A stretch of 64,000 nt of DNA, taken from Octopus sinensis. Taxonomy: Eukaryota. Shown here in pieces: positions 13,040 through 25,335 of the stretch. The first letter of the stretch is position 1. Every line of letters begins with the position of its first letter. A program made the position numbers and the translations under genes. A model generated the notes under the pieces. It did not search any database. It was not told where the DNA came from and saw only the letters and a list, made by a program, of their open reading frames with translations. The stretch covers positions 19,281,360 to 19,345,359 of the forward strand of contig NC_043019.1 of NCBI RefSeq assembly GCF_006345805.1, written 5' to 3'.

Positions 13040-15000
13040 ATAATCATTCTGACATCAGTTTCAATGACAAAAGTCTGCTATGGCAGAGTGTCCCCCTCTC
13101 TCCATTTGTCTGCTCCCTGATAGCCATACTCTTCTTTTAGCCATAATCTCCTGCAGGTTGTGCAGATTGGCTCTTCTCTGGACTGTTTGTGATTCTGTTC
13201 CTGTGGGTGATCTTGAATATGCTGTGTAGACACCATTGCTGGAATACATTCAACTGTGAGGGATCTTGGCAGTCATTTTTCTAGTTTCTTCTGCTGTCGG
13301 CAGTACAATGCTCTGGTGCAGCAACATCTTCATGCAGTTGCTAGTCAAAGTGTTAGTCAAGATCTTGTTCATTCCTCTGAACACTGCTGCTACCCACTTG
13401 ATTCAGGAGTTGACATTTGCCTCAATATCTCCACCGGTAGAAATTATGCTACACAAGTACATGAAATTGGTGATATCTTCAACAAGTTCTTGATTCCCTA
13501 GAATTTGCATCTCTCCTTGTCCACTGGCCTACAACACCTTGGTTTCTCTTAGAGCTGATCTGTAGGCCTGCCTTTGCTGCCTCTTCAACCAGTCTGGTTC
13601 TCATTTTCTGGAGCATTGAACATGAATATGCAAGGAATGCGGTGCCATTGGTATAGTCCAGATCTGTTAGGTGTCTGCTTACAGTCTCATGTATTCTAGC
13701 AGTGGGTCCATATGCGACACTGATTGGTTTGAGATTGGAAAAGGCACTTGGCAAGGTTGCATCCTGTCACCAGCAGACTTCAACATGTACGCTGAAAAGG
13801 TGATGAGGAATGCAGGCCTGGAGGATAGCAGCATTGGAGTGAGGATTGGAGGAAGAAATATTAATAACCTTCGCTATGCAGATGATACAACCCTGCTGGC
13901 GGAGAGTGGTAAGGATCTGGAGGATCTTATCCTGCTGGTCAAGAAAGAGAGTGAGAAATTTAGGCTGTACCTCAATGTTAAGAAAACGAAGATCATGTCA
14001 ACATCAGCCACAACAAACATCAGCATCAAGATTGATAATGAAGATATCGAAGTGGTTGATGATTTCATCTTCCTTGGCTCCAAAATAAATCGAGATGGTG
14101 ACTGCACTCCAGAAATAAGACAGCGGACAGTACTAGGCAGAGAGGCAATGGTCAGCATGAGCAGGGTCTGGAAGAGTAGAGACATCAGACTCGCTACCAA
14201 ATGCAGATTGGTGAATGCAATTGTCTTCCCAATAGCAACATATGGATGCGAGACCTGGACACTAAAGAAAGCTGACCAGAAGAGAATTAATGCATTCGAG
14301 CTTTGGTGTTGGAGAAGACTTTTGCGGATTCCATGGACAGCGAGGCTCACCAATGGAGAAGTTCTTAAGCAGATAAGGCCGAAAATGTCGCTAGAAGTTA
14401 GGATCACCAAGCATAGATTGGCATATTTCGGTCATATTATGCGGAGAAAATCCCTGGAGAAGGACATCATGCTCGGAATGGTCAGTGGCAAGAGAGGAAG
14501 AGGCCGACCAAGAACCTGCTGGCTTGACACCATCAAGAGTGATACCGGAATGGACATAGCCAATCTGAAAGAAGCGACCCAGGATAGAACTGACTGGAGG
14601 ACACTGATCCAACGAGTGACCGAGAGTCGACTTCGACTGAGCGGATAGAGAGAGAGAGAGCATGACAAAACCAGTCACCAGAAGAACCAACAGAGGTGAA
14701 AGGAGACAACCCTGTCCTACACCTGTGAGGATGTCAAAGAATTTTGTGTTACCACTTTCAGTTCTCACACAGTAGCTTCAGTTGGCATTCTTCTGGGATA
14801 CTACATGCCTTGGCAATGTACCACATTGTTGCGCTGAGTACTCTGTCAAAAGCTTTTGTAAAATTGATGAAGTTGCTGACCATTGTGCTGCTCCACAATG
14901 TTTTGCAGGACAAAGATTTGTTTGGTGCACAATCTTCTTGCTTGGAATCCTGCTTGCCCTTCTCTAAACTTTCCATCTTGTCCTTCTTTCAAAGACCTTG
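13040..15000 (-). pseudogene. Old degraded RTE-type LINE RT fragment, split by a younger insertion
   Basis: FINFTKAFDRV (14758-14976), ILTGVGQGCLLSPLL (14660-14768), LTDLDY...AAKAGLQIS (13479-13690), then a 3' RT segment toward 13040; many stops and frameshifts. Confidence 0.75.
13692..14660 (+). mobile_element. 5'-truncated BovB-like RTE LINE (RT C-terminal half, open frame to TAG at 14646-14648, (AG)n tail)
   Basis: GCILSP, NINNLRYADDTTLLAES, DFIFLGSKI, YGCETWT, AFELWCWRRLLRIPWTAR motifs as in RTE/BovB; CATG at 13688-13691 and 14661-14664 as probable TSD. Confidence 0.92.
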
Positions 15001-15639
15001 CCTGGCACCATCATCATCATCATCATCGTTTAACATCTATTTTCCATGCTAGCATGGGTTGACCAATAGTATAGTAATGCCCCTCCAGATTGCCTTTCTG
15101 TCATAGCTTAACTGTGACACTGTGCACAACAATCAAACTACTATTGATAGACAGGTGAGCAAAAAACTGTAGGAGAGTTAAGAAGACACGGAAAGAAGGG
15201 GGAATCAGGGAAGCCTGGAAAGCAACAAGACTTCAGGTCACTATCACAGTGTGGGATTTGACTGGTTCCAGAGGTGATATAAGTTATCATCAGCATCATT
15301 TAATGCCCACTTTCAATGCTTGCTTGAGTCAGACCAAAGTTGTTGACGCAAATTTTCTACAGCTGAAAACTTTTTCCCCTCATTTGTTTCCAAGCAAGGT
15401 AATATTTTCCAGATTGAAGACTGAAAATGAACACCCTCACCTCTATATGATAGTGATGCTCAGTCACAACACTTGATGTGTTGAGTAGAGTACACAAAAA
15501 GGCACATACATTTATAGACATATATTTCTATAAAACAAGTTGCTTAGCCATACAGCTTCATCCGTACGTATTGTTTATGAAAATATTAAATTTATTCAAC
15601 AAGACAGAATTTAAAAAATAAATTCTTAGAAATAAAAAT

Positions 15640-16060
15640 ATTTGTGAACAAAATTCAAGTTGTGCTGATGAAAGATAAGAATGAGAAGATGTTGTTGACA
15701 GAAGAAAAACAGAATACATTGCTGGGTGGAACACTTCAAAGAGACTCAGAATCCATCTGATACTCTCACAGTAACTGACCAGTTGGCAGAACAGGCTTGA
15801 AGTTACAGGGGCACTTGATGGTGAAAATGAAGTCATCTAGGGTCTCAAAAAGCTGAAGAACAATAAAACCTCACATTGATTAACTCTTGGTTGAGCTACA
15901 GAAGAAGCAGCATGGTGCAAGAGCTAACCAAATTGCATAATACCTGTTGGGAAAACAGAGCCGTGGCAGAAGAGTGAGCAAAGGGTGTCGTGTGTCCATC
16001 CTAGCAGAAGGGTATCTATACAAAGGGTATCTGTTCGAGCAGAAACAGCCACCATTGACT
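15640..16060 (+). pseudogene. Degraded LINE fragment (linker/RT N-terminal region)
   Basis: KDKNEKMLLTEEKQ...WVEHF...LKKLKNNK-like remnants with stops. Confidence 0.45.
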
Positions 16061-16379
16061 GGATTGAAAAAAAACCTGCTAAAATTGTACTATAGATATT
16101 GAAAGCTATTCACTTAGATTGCATTGAACATATATAAGAAATGGCTGTTAATTTTCATGTCGATAATAGAGCTGTATCCTTGTGGCCAACGCATACGGAA
16201 TGACTGTCAACTTTCATGTAGACAATAGAGATGTTTCCTTCTTGCCAATATGTTCATGGACGCATATAAACTTCTGATCTATGATCTCAAGTATTTTAGT
16301 CTATAAATATAATCTTTTCTTATGATGAAAGTAAACAAAGTTTGCTTTAGAAACATTGAGATGTATTGAAGGATACTCT

Positions 16380-16796
16380 CTCTCTTTTACTCTTTTATTC
16401 TTTTATTTGTTTCAGTCATTTGACTGCAGCCATGCTGGAGCACCGCCTTTAGTCAAGCAAATCGACCCTGTGATTTATTCTTTGTAAGCCCAGTACTTAT
16501 TCTATCAGTCTCTTTTGCCGAACAGCTAAGTGACGGGGATGTAAATACACCAGCAGTGGTTGTCAAGCAATGCTAGAGGGACAAACACAGACACACAAAC
16601 ATATACACACACATACATATATATACATATATACGACAGGCTTCTTTCAGTTTCCGTCTACCAAATCCACTCACAAGGCATTGGTCGGTCCGAGGCTATA
16701 GCAGAAGACACTTGCCCAAGATGCCACGCAGTAGGACTGAACCCGGAACAATGTGGTTGGTTAGCAAGCTACTTACCACACAGCCACTCCTGCGCC
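16380..16796 (-). mobile_element. Full-length tRNA-derived SINE
   Basis: On the minus strand: A-box-like TGGCTGTGTGG, B-box-like GGTTCAGTCC, central (TA/TG)n, tail ggcggtgctccagcatggctgcagtcaaatgactgaaac plus an A-rich repeat. Confidence 0.85.
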
Positions 16797-18526
16797 TCAC
16801 ATTGATTAACTCTTGGTTGAGCTACAGAAGAGACACTGTGGTGCAAGAGATAGAGAAACAATTTATTCTCAAACATGTGATAATGCTATTAAAATAGCCT
16901 GGACAGGATAAATTATCCAAATATTGCAGAAAAATACGTTACTGGCCAGCCATGAAACTTGAACTCACATCCCTGTGATTACGCATCAATCTTTTCTACT
17001 CTAAGCACAAAGCCCGAAATTTTTGGAGAGGGGGCCAGTCGATTAGATTGACCCCTGGTACTTAATTTATCAACACCCGAAAGGATGAAAGGCAAAGTCG
17101 ACCTCAGCAGAATGTATTTCAGTTTACAAATGAAGCAAACATTGCACAGACTTTGGCTACAACAAACAAAATGACAAATAGCTTTTCTTCGACAAATAGC
17201 CTTTTGAAGATATAAATATAAAACAAATGAAAACACGATAATAATTGTATTAAAATGCACCTACAAATTTAATAGGAATATATAGTAACAATCTTTAGTG
17301 AGGGTGGTCACTAATGAAGATGTCAACACTTTAATGACTAGACTGAGTCATTAATTCAGTGGCTGTAATTATACCTCTGGTGCAGTAAGTAACACCAAAC
17401 ACTTGTGTCAGTGCATGAACAACGTTGTATATAAGCTTTTATTCAGATGCGTAAGAAATGAATTCGTACTGTGAGTACACAATGTTCAATCAAGTTATCT
17501 GGGATTGAAATAAAAGGTTCTCAACATATTGCCGTATTCCACAATAACAGTGAGAGAATAGGAAGAATTCAAACGACAAAAATTACTTTAGTGAGCTGCT
17601 GGTAGGAAAGAATATTGAACCCGTGTGCCTGACTCTCTCTCTGATGTTGACCTCATCCCATCTTATGGAAGAAGAGATAGATTTGATTGGAAATCGCTCT
17701 TAAGTGGGCAATATTGCTTCTAACGCCCTCCACTCTGTATTCTAGCAGTTACGCCTTGTATGGTAGCAAAGGGGGAGCCAACCATTGTTTGCTTCAAATG
17801 TTCTAGAACATTCAACAGGGGAGATAACTGCAGTTGATTCCCAACGAATAGTTTTGTGGGCTATGAACCCGTTTCAAGTAGTGTTGCCTACAAATCTATC
17901 TCTGTGGGTAGCACAGGAGACAATTGCAGATCAGCCATTGTAAAACGTGAAAAATAGATCAGGAATAATTTTCTGTTTTTAGCTTTTCCAGAACTTTCAT
18001 TTAGTTTTCTTGGGTTTGGGCAGAGGCATTCGGTTTTGATGCCCTATCAATCACTGGTTCAATTTCCCATTTATTTTTTTTTTTTTTTCTGAAATTTTCG
18101 TTGCTTCTTGCAAAGTCTTCAACAGTTGTTGACTTTGTTCGTTATTGGAACTGTGTTCCTTTAGTTTGTTTCTTTGTTCATGTGCATGTATGGGTACAGC
18201 ATATGTGTGTATACACGTGTGTGTGTGTGTGTGTATATACACGTGTGTGTGTGTGTGTGTATATACACGTGTGTGTGTGTGTGTGTGTATGCATGTGTGT
18301 ACATATATATGTATATATTCTGCATGTTCATGTGCTTATGAGTGCATGTTTGTGTATGTATGTATGTTATCTCCCTTAGACTGGGCATTTTTGAGTGAGG
18401 ACTGTGACATATGCAACATTTTGGAAAAGGGCCCTTACTGGAGCACCTAGAGACTCGGGATCACTTCCATTGTCTTACTGTAGCCTTTCTTACAGACAGA
18501 AATACAGACGTTCATCTTTATTTTAT

Positions 18527-18971
18527 ATCATCATCATCATCACCATCATCGTTTAACGTCCGCTTTCCATGCTAGCATGGGTTGGACGGTTCAACTGGGG
18601 TCTGGGAAGCCCGAAGGCTGCACCAGGCTCCAGTCTGATCTGGCAGTGTTTCTACAGCTGGATGCCCTTCCTAACGCCAACCACTCCGTGAGTGTAGTGG
18701 GTGCTTTTTACGTGCCACCGGCACAGGTGCCAGATGAGGCTGGCAAACAGCCATGATTGCATGGTTCTTTTTACGTGCCACCGGCATGGAGACCAGACGA
18801 AGCTGGCAATGGCCACGAATCGGATGGTGCTTTTTACGTGCCACCGGCACAGAGGCCAGTCAGGGCGGTGCTGGCTACGGCCACGTTTGGATGGTTCTCT
18901 TACATGCCACCGGCACTGGTATCACAGCTACAAATTCCATTGATGTTGATCGAATACGATTTTGATTTATA
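18527..18971 (-). mobile_element. 3' end fragment of the RTE family at 46771-50687 ((GAT)n tail)
   Basis: catcatc-gtttaacgtccgctttccatgctagcatgggttggacgg...gatgcccttcctaacgccaacc plus ~60-bp repeats. Confidence 0.9.
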
Positions 18972-19204
18972 CATATATATATATATATATATACATATAT
19001 ATACGATATATACGATTTTGATATATATATATATAAATCAAAATCGTATTCGATCAACATCAATGGAATTTGTAGCTGCTTATATTAATTTTTAGTATAC
19101 ACATTAGCATTTTGCCAAATCAGCCATAAATTTATATGGTAAATATATAAACTGACAGATGGATTTAACCAAATCATCTGAACAATGGAATAGGCATTTC
19201 AGTC

Positions 19205-19333
19205 AGTCACATGGTGTGGGGTTCAGTCTCACTGTGGGGCGTTTTGGGCAAGTGTCTTCCATTAAAGACCCAGGTTGACCAAAGCCTTGTGAAGGGAACT
19301 GAAAGACGTATGTCATATATCTATCTATCTATC

Positions 19334-19366
<33 letters not shown>

Positions 19367-19590
19367 GTGTGTGTTTATGCATGTATGTGCTTTTGTGTTT
19401 GTCTTCCCACCCACTGCTTGACAATTGATGTTGGCTTGTTTACATTGCCATAACTTAGCAGTTTGACAAAAGAGACCAATAGAATAAATACCATGCTTAA
19501 AAGTTAGCACTGTGAATTTGTTCAACTAAACCTTTCAAGGCAATGCTGCCCCAGCATGGCCACAGTCCAATGACAGAAACAAGTAAAAGA
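19205..19590 (+). mobile_element. tRNA-derived SINE copy
   Basis: ggggttcagtctcactg head remnant and ccccagcatggccacagtccaatgacagaaacaagtaaaaga tail. Confidence 0.75.
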
Positions 19591-19795
19591 CAATACATAT
19601 ATTTGTATGTGTGTGTCTGTGTATATACATATCTATATGTATACAGAGAAAGAGAGAGAGAGAGAGAGATATGGCTGGTCTATAAGGTTACCCTTGGTTT
19701 CACATCCATAAAGTCAAGGATGTTCCCCAGGTCAAGGGAGTCCTTCCATGTCCATTCGTCCATTCGTCCATTCCACAATTTACAATGCTTAGTCC

Positions 19796-19960
19796 TCTTT
19801 CCTAGGATCTTCCATGATATTACATGTGGAGTTCCATCATCTTTCAGTCGCCATACATGGCTGGCTAAGGATGTAGTGTGTATCTGCTTTCCCAGATCCT
19901 GAAAGAGGATCTGTGGTTGGAGAGGTGTTGCTTGAACGTGTTACAGGAACATCTAATGGA
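19796..19960 (-). pseudogene. Penelope-like GIY-YIG endonuclease C-terminal relic
   Basis: Minus-strand translation SIRCSCNTFKQHLSNHRSSFR, then a frameshift, then TSLASHVWRLKDDGTPHVISWKILGK; resembles the PLE GIY-YIG pattern (YIG..xTFKxRxxNHxxSF...SLxxHxWxLK...WKI). Confidence 0.6.
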
Positions 19961-20739
19961 TGTGCTGGTATTGGGCAGTGCTGTTTCTCTTCAAGTGGAC
20001 ACTGCTACTATCACCATTGTTGGTGTTGTTAAAGCTGGCATTAGTCTTAATACTACAGTAGGGGACATCATCAGTGATGATGCTGTTGTTGGTGTTATAG
20101 TCATTAAAGGTGGTGTTCTTGGAATTGTTATCAACGCTATCGTGGTGGATGACACTGTCGTTGTTATTGTTACCATTGGCAACGGTTCTGCTGCCATTTC
20201 TGTCCAGGATGCTGCTGCTGTTGTTATTGTTATCGCTGGTGAAGCTGCTGCTGTTATTTGTTTGGATTTCTGCTGTTGCTATTGGTACCGTCTCACACAC
20301 ACACACACACACACATCCGTGTGTGATTAAATTATCTCTTTAAGTACATTTTATTGCAAGTGATTGATGATAAATCTGGACATTTATCACCCAGTGGTAT
20401 ATTAATATTTAATATGACAATATTTTTCATGTTATGGAGCTTGTGCTGAAAAGCTATGTAATTGCAGTGATGTTATTAACAATTAAGGAATGTGTCCATT
20501 GATCCAGTCTTAATTACTATGACACTCACTTTTGTCAATGTTTTGTCTGATTATCTTTATGGTTAAGCAATTAGCACTACCTGGCTCTGTTGATAGCAAT
20601 TCCTACCCTACATTTATTAATGTTGAATGTTTACCATAAAAACCCAGGTAAATTGTGTAATTTATGCAGGTGATTTTTAAGATAAAATTTGTTAAAAAAG
20701 GCTTCTACTCATGTAAAATTCACACCCAAAAGTTTTCGG

Positions 20740-22590
20740 AATTCACCAATAAGTGAAATACTAAATGAGCAATTCAAGAGTATTTTCACTCCACCCCTAG
20801 GACATTTTCAAGTCAGCAATCCAACTGACTTCTTTACCACTGCAGATGTAAGATCAGATGATTGATTACATCAATATAAAGGAAGACGATGTAATAAAGG
20901 CTATAGATGAAATGAAAACAAACTCAGCTACTGGCACCGATGGATTCCCAGCAATCCTTCTAAAAGTATGTAAGTGAGTCCTAGCAAGACCACTGCAGTT
21001 CCTCTTTCAGAGCTTCCTTGCAACTAGCAAACTTCCAAGAAAACTGAAGGAAGGTAAAATATACCCTATTCATAAAGGAGGTAGCAGAGCAGAGGCCAAG
21101 AACTACAGACCTATCTCTGACCTCTCACATCAGCAAGATCATGGAATGAATAGTCAGAAGGAAACTAATCACCTTCCTTGAAGAAAATGACTTGCTGCTT
21201 GACACCCAACATGGTTTCCGACCAGGAAGGAGCTGCCTAACTCAGCTCCTACAACACTATGACTGGGTGCTGAAACGACTGCTCAACCACTCAAATGTGG
21301 AAGTGATATATCTCGACTTTGCAAAGGCCTTTGATAAAGCCGATCATGGAATGATATGTCAGACTGCATGATCTTGGCATAGTTGGAAAATTGAGAGAAT
21401 GGCTTCATGACTTTCTGTAGGATAGAAGTCAAGTGGTAGTAGCCAATGGGGCCACTTCCAATAGCACGCAAATAGTGAGCGGTGTTCCGCGAGGCACTGT
21501 TTTGGGACCACTACTGTTTATAATGGCCCTCTCAGACATGCCCTCAGCCACGCAGAGAGCCACGATCACAAGTTATGCAGATGATACAAAAGTTTCACAG
21601 GCAATACAGAACCCTGAAGACACTAAGCACCTGCAATGTGAGCTGGACAAAATATACAAGTGGGCTGAAAAGAATAGCATGCAGTTCAATGCTGAAAAGT
21701 TTCAAGCTTTATGCTATTAGCATGCAAAACTAAATGCAATACCCAATAAATACATGGGACCTGGAGGGATTGCAATCCCAGAGGCACAATCAGTGCGAGA
21801 CCTGGGTATTTACATGAGTGATGATGCAACCTTTCATGTGTATGTTGCTAAATTGGCAATGAAATGTAGGCAGCTGACTGGATGGATTCTTAGAACCTTT
21901 AGAACAAGAGACCAGGAAACCATGATGGTCCTCTGGAGGATACTTGTCCTAAGCCACTTTGACTATTGCTCTCAGCTATGGTCACCATCCAGTGTCAAGT
22001 TAATCACAGAACTTGAGGCGATCCAACGAAGCTACATGAAGAAGATAGCCTCTGTGCAGCATATAAGCTACTGGGAAAGACTCAAGAGATTAAGACTCTA
22101 TTCCTTAGAGCGTAGGCGAGAAAGATATGCCATAATATACATCTGGAAGATCCTGGAGGGACTTGTCCCAAACTTTGGCATCGAGAGTTACACAAATGCT
22201 AGAACTGGGCACCACTGCATAGTGCCAAGGACTCCAAATTTGCCATCAAGATGTAGGACAAGATACTGTGATAACCTGGGATTCTGAGGCCCACAGCTTT
22301 TCAATATCCTCCCGAAGAACCTGAGAGACCTGCATGGGGTGGATGCAGATGTCTTTAAAATGAAACTGGATCTCTTCTTGTCAGATGTCCCAGATGAACC
22401 AACTTCACGGCAGGAGGTGCAGATGAGGGCAGCTGCATCGAACTCTCTCACGCACCAAATGGCAATTGCTAAAAAGCATTCGTGAAGTAAAATCATGTAG
22501 CAACACCAAATGGCAGTGCTCCAGCATGGCCACAGCTCGTGAGCTGAAACTAGATAAAAATAAAAATTTAAAAAATAAATAAAAAAATAT
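20740..22590 (+). mobile_element. 5'-truncated CR1/Jockey-group LINE (RT domain with stops and frameshifts, A-rich tail)
   Basis: KNYRPIS, QHGFRPGRSCLTQLL, YLDFAKAFDK, SGVPRGTVLGPLLF, YADDTK, DYCSQLWSP, LYSLERRRER. Confidence 0.92.
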
Positions 22591-22740
22591 GGCCAGGGGA
22601 AAAAAATGTTTTTAATTTAGTTGTATTTAGCATAATTTCATTTACTTATGATTAGATTTTATTAAATTTTCATTCAATAAAAATAATTTCTGTTTAATAG
22701 GCATCACATTGAAAGCTATTAAATTACAAAGTGTTTGTGT

Positions 22741-24890
22741 TCATCATCATCATCATCATCGTTTAACATCCACTTTCTATGCTGGTATGGGTTGGACAGT
22801 TTGTCTGGGGACTGATGAGCCAGATGGCTGCACCAGGTTCCAATCTGATCTGACAGAGTTTCTACAGCTGGATGCCCTTCCTAATGACAACCACTCCGAG
22901 AGTGTATTGGGTGCTTTTACATGCCACCAGCACAAGGGCCAGTCAGGTGGTACTGGCAACGGCCACGCTCGAATGGTGTTTTTTACATGTCACAGGCACA
23001 GGGGCCACTCCAGTGGCACAGGCGACAACCTCGCTCGAATGTAGTTTTTCATGTGCCACTGACACAAGTACCAGTCAGGTGATGCTGGTAACGATCACGC
23101 TTGAATGATACTTTTTATGTGCCACCAGCACGGGAGGCAGTCAGTGGCCCTGGCAACGATCACACTCGGAGGGTGCTCTTAACATTCCACTAGCACGGAT
23201 GCTGTGCTCATTGCCTCACTTTACTGGTAGCATCCCTGTACATAGCTTATACAGCTCTCACCAACCACTCGTCTATCCCTAGTTTCTGCATCAACCACCA
23301 GATAAGGGATTGGGAGACCCTGTCAAAGGCTTTCTCCAAGTAAACAAAGGCCAAGTACAGAGGTTTACCTTTGGCTATGTATTTCTCCTGCAGCTGCCTT
23401 ACCAGAAATATAGCATCAGTGGTGCTTCTACCTGGCACAAAACCAAACTGCATCACATCTGGACTAACTCTCTGCCTAATTAGTTGGGCTATGGCTCTCT
23501 CTCTCTCTAACTTTCATCACCTGATCCAACAATTTGATACCTCTGTAATTATTTCTATCTAAGGCATCACCTTTACCTTTGTAGCAGTTGACTATGGTGC
23601 TGCTACATCTGTTATTGGGTATGACTCTTTCGTGAACCACCTGATTTACAATACAGGTGACTAGACTGTCTTCATATCCTTAATTGCTTTATCTACCAGG
23701 GTACTGTCAATTGGGTCAACATTTGGCAGACTTTCCTCCTCCCATTCATTCTCCACATTCAGCAGTCTTTCATAATGGCATTTCCAAGCCTCTTTCTTTG
23801 CAGAATCATTAAATGCAAGTGCACCATCATCCATGCAGACACATTTCTCTCCTATGACATAACGATTTTCTCTCGCACACTGTCTTGCAATCCAAAACAC
23901 TTCAGTTCTTTGGTCCTCATGTCACTGAACACAGGCAAACTTCTTTTCTGCTTCACCCTTGGCTAGATATACCTGTCTCCTAGCTTTCCTTCTGGCTATC
24001 TGGTTCCCTGCTGCCTCCACTCTTCCAGGCCTGTTTCTTTGCTCTAATGACCCTGTCTACAGCATTGTTCCACCACCACATCACCCTAGGTTTAGTTGGG
24101 ACTTTGCACCAGCTACAGATTTGGAATGTGGCACTCAGCAAGCTGTCCTGCAGGAGTTCCCAGTTGCCCTCTATGTCACAAGCCTGTAGCTCCTCCTTCC
24201 TCTCATCAAATTTCTCAGTTACAATGTCCCTAAATCTCTGACCATATAAAGGGTCTTTAAATTTCCAAATTCTTCTTTTCCAGATTGGTCTGCTTCTTGC
24301 CATCCTTCTGGCCTGGCATCTAAAATCACTAATGACTAGTCTATGCTGATGGGATACATTCTTCACCAGGGAGGGTCTTTGTATTTAAGAGCAACCATGC
24401 ACCCTGCTGTCTGGTGAGAATGTAATTGATCAGGTCAGCACATTCACCTGATTGATAGGTTATCAGGTGGCTAGCTGGCTTCCTGAAGTTGGCGTTGCAA
24501 ATCAATAGGTTATTTGCATCACAGAACTCCAGTAGCCTTATTCCTTTTGGGGATCAATTACATGGCTCCCATGGACACCATGAAAGATACCAGTCTGCCA
24601 TCCAACATGCCCATTGAAATTCCCAACCACAAAGATGAGATCATTGTCACTCGTCTTTGAGGTAGCTTGCAGAAGAATATCATAAAAGTGGTCCTTCTGT
24701 TCATTTGGTAGGCCTGCTTGTGGGTCATAGGCAGAGATAATTGTCACTAGACTATTCTACAAGAATAACCTGTGCTTAAGCACTCTATCGTACACTCTGA
24801 CTACCTCTATAAACTTATCCATCCATTTCCCAGCAAGAAGTATGCCCACACCACCTACCCTGTCACTGTTACCATCCCAAATTGTTTAAA
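22741..24890 (-). pseudogene. Older, internally deleted copy of the RTE family (APE and RT N-terminus joined to the 3' UTR)
   Basis: [50 protein letters not shown] match the copy at 46771-50687; the RT C-terminal half is absent near 23200. Confidence 0.9.
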
Positions 24891-25070
24891 AAATTAATAA
24901 TTTTTTGCATAGGCACAAAGACAAAAATATTGGTAGAGGAAACAATCATTTATATTGGCTCCAGTATTGATGAGTACAAATTTCATCAATCCTGGAAGGA
25001 TTAAAAGAAAAATTGACCTCTACTGGATTTGATTTCAGAACATAAAGAACTGGAATAATGATAATAATAA

Positions 25071-25335
25071 TTGACCCATCATACCCATTTGAATCCAGGA
25101 TCAAAAAGAAAGAGGAAGAAAAACAAAAAATACAATCCTTTAAAATTTGAAATAGGAAGAATTTGGAATATGAGAACTGTAAAGTTTGTGCCTAAAATAA
25201 TTGGTTTGTTGGGAACAGTAAGGAAAGATAGAGACAAATGGCTGAAGGAGATTGCAATATAATTCCCGGTAGAGCCTCTACAGAGAGTTTGTCTCTTAAG
25301 GACAGCAAGGAATTTGCAGAGGGTTACAAACACTT
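25071..25335 (+). pseudogene. R4/Dong-like (RLE-type) LINE 3' relic
   Basis: KKYNPLKFEIGRIWNMRTVKFVPKIIGLLGTV...LQRVCLLRTAR; preceded by (AAT)n. Confidence 0.65.

Noticed and set aside
16740-16796. tRNA genes at A/B-box motifs (also 32576-32645, 44660-44750)
   Set aside because: No complete cloverleaf; each continues into SINE body and tail sequence.
19878-20343. Val/Ile-rich or Asn/Thr-rich ORFs on both strands
   Set aside because: Degenerate GTT/GCT/GAT trinucleotide tract without splice signals; only the GIY-YIG relic beside it is retained.
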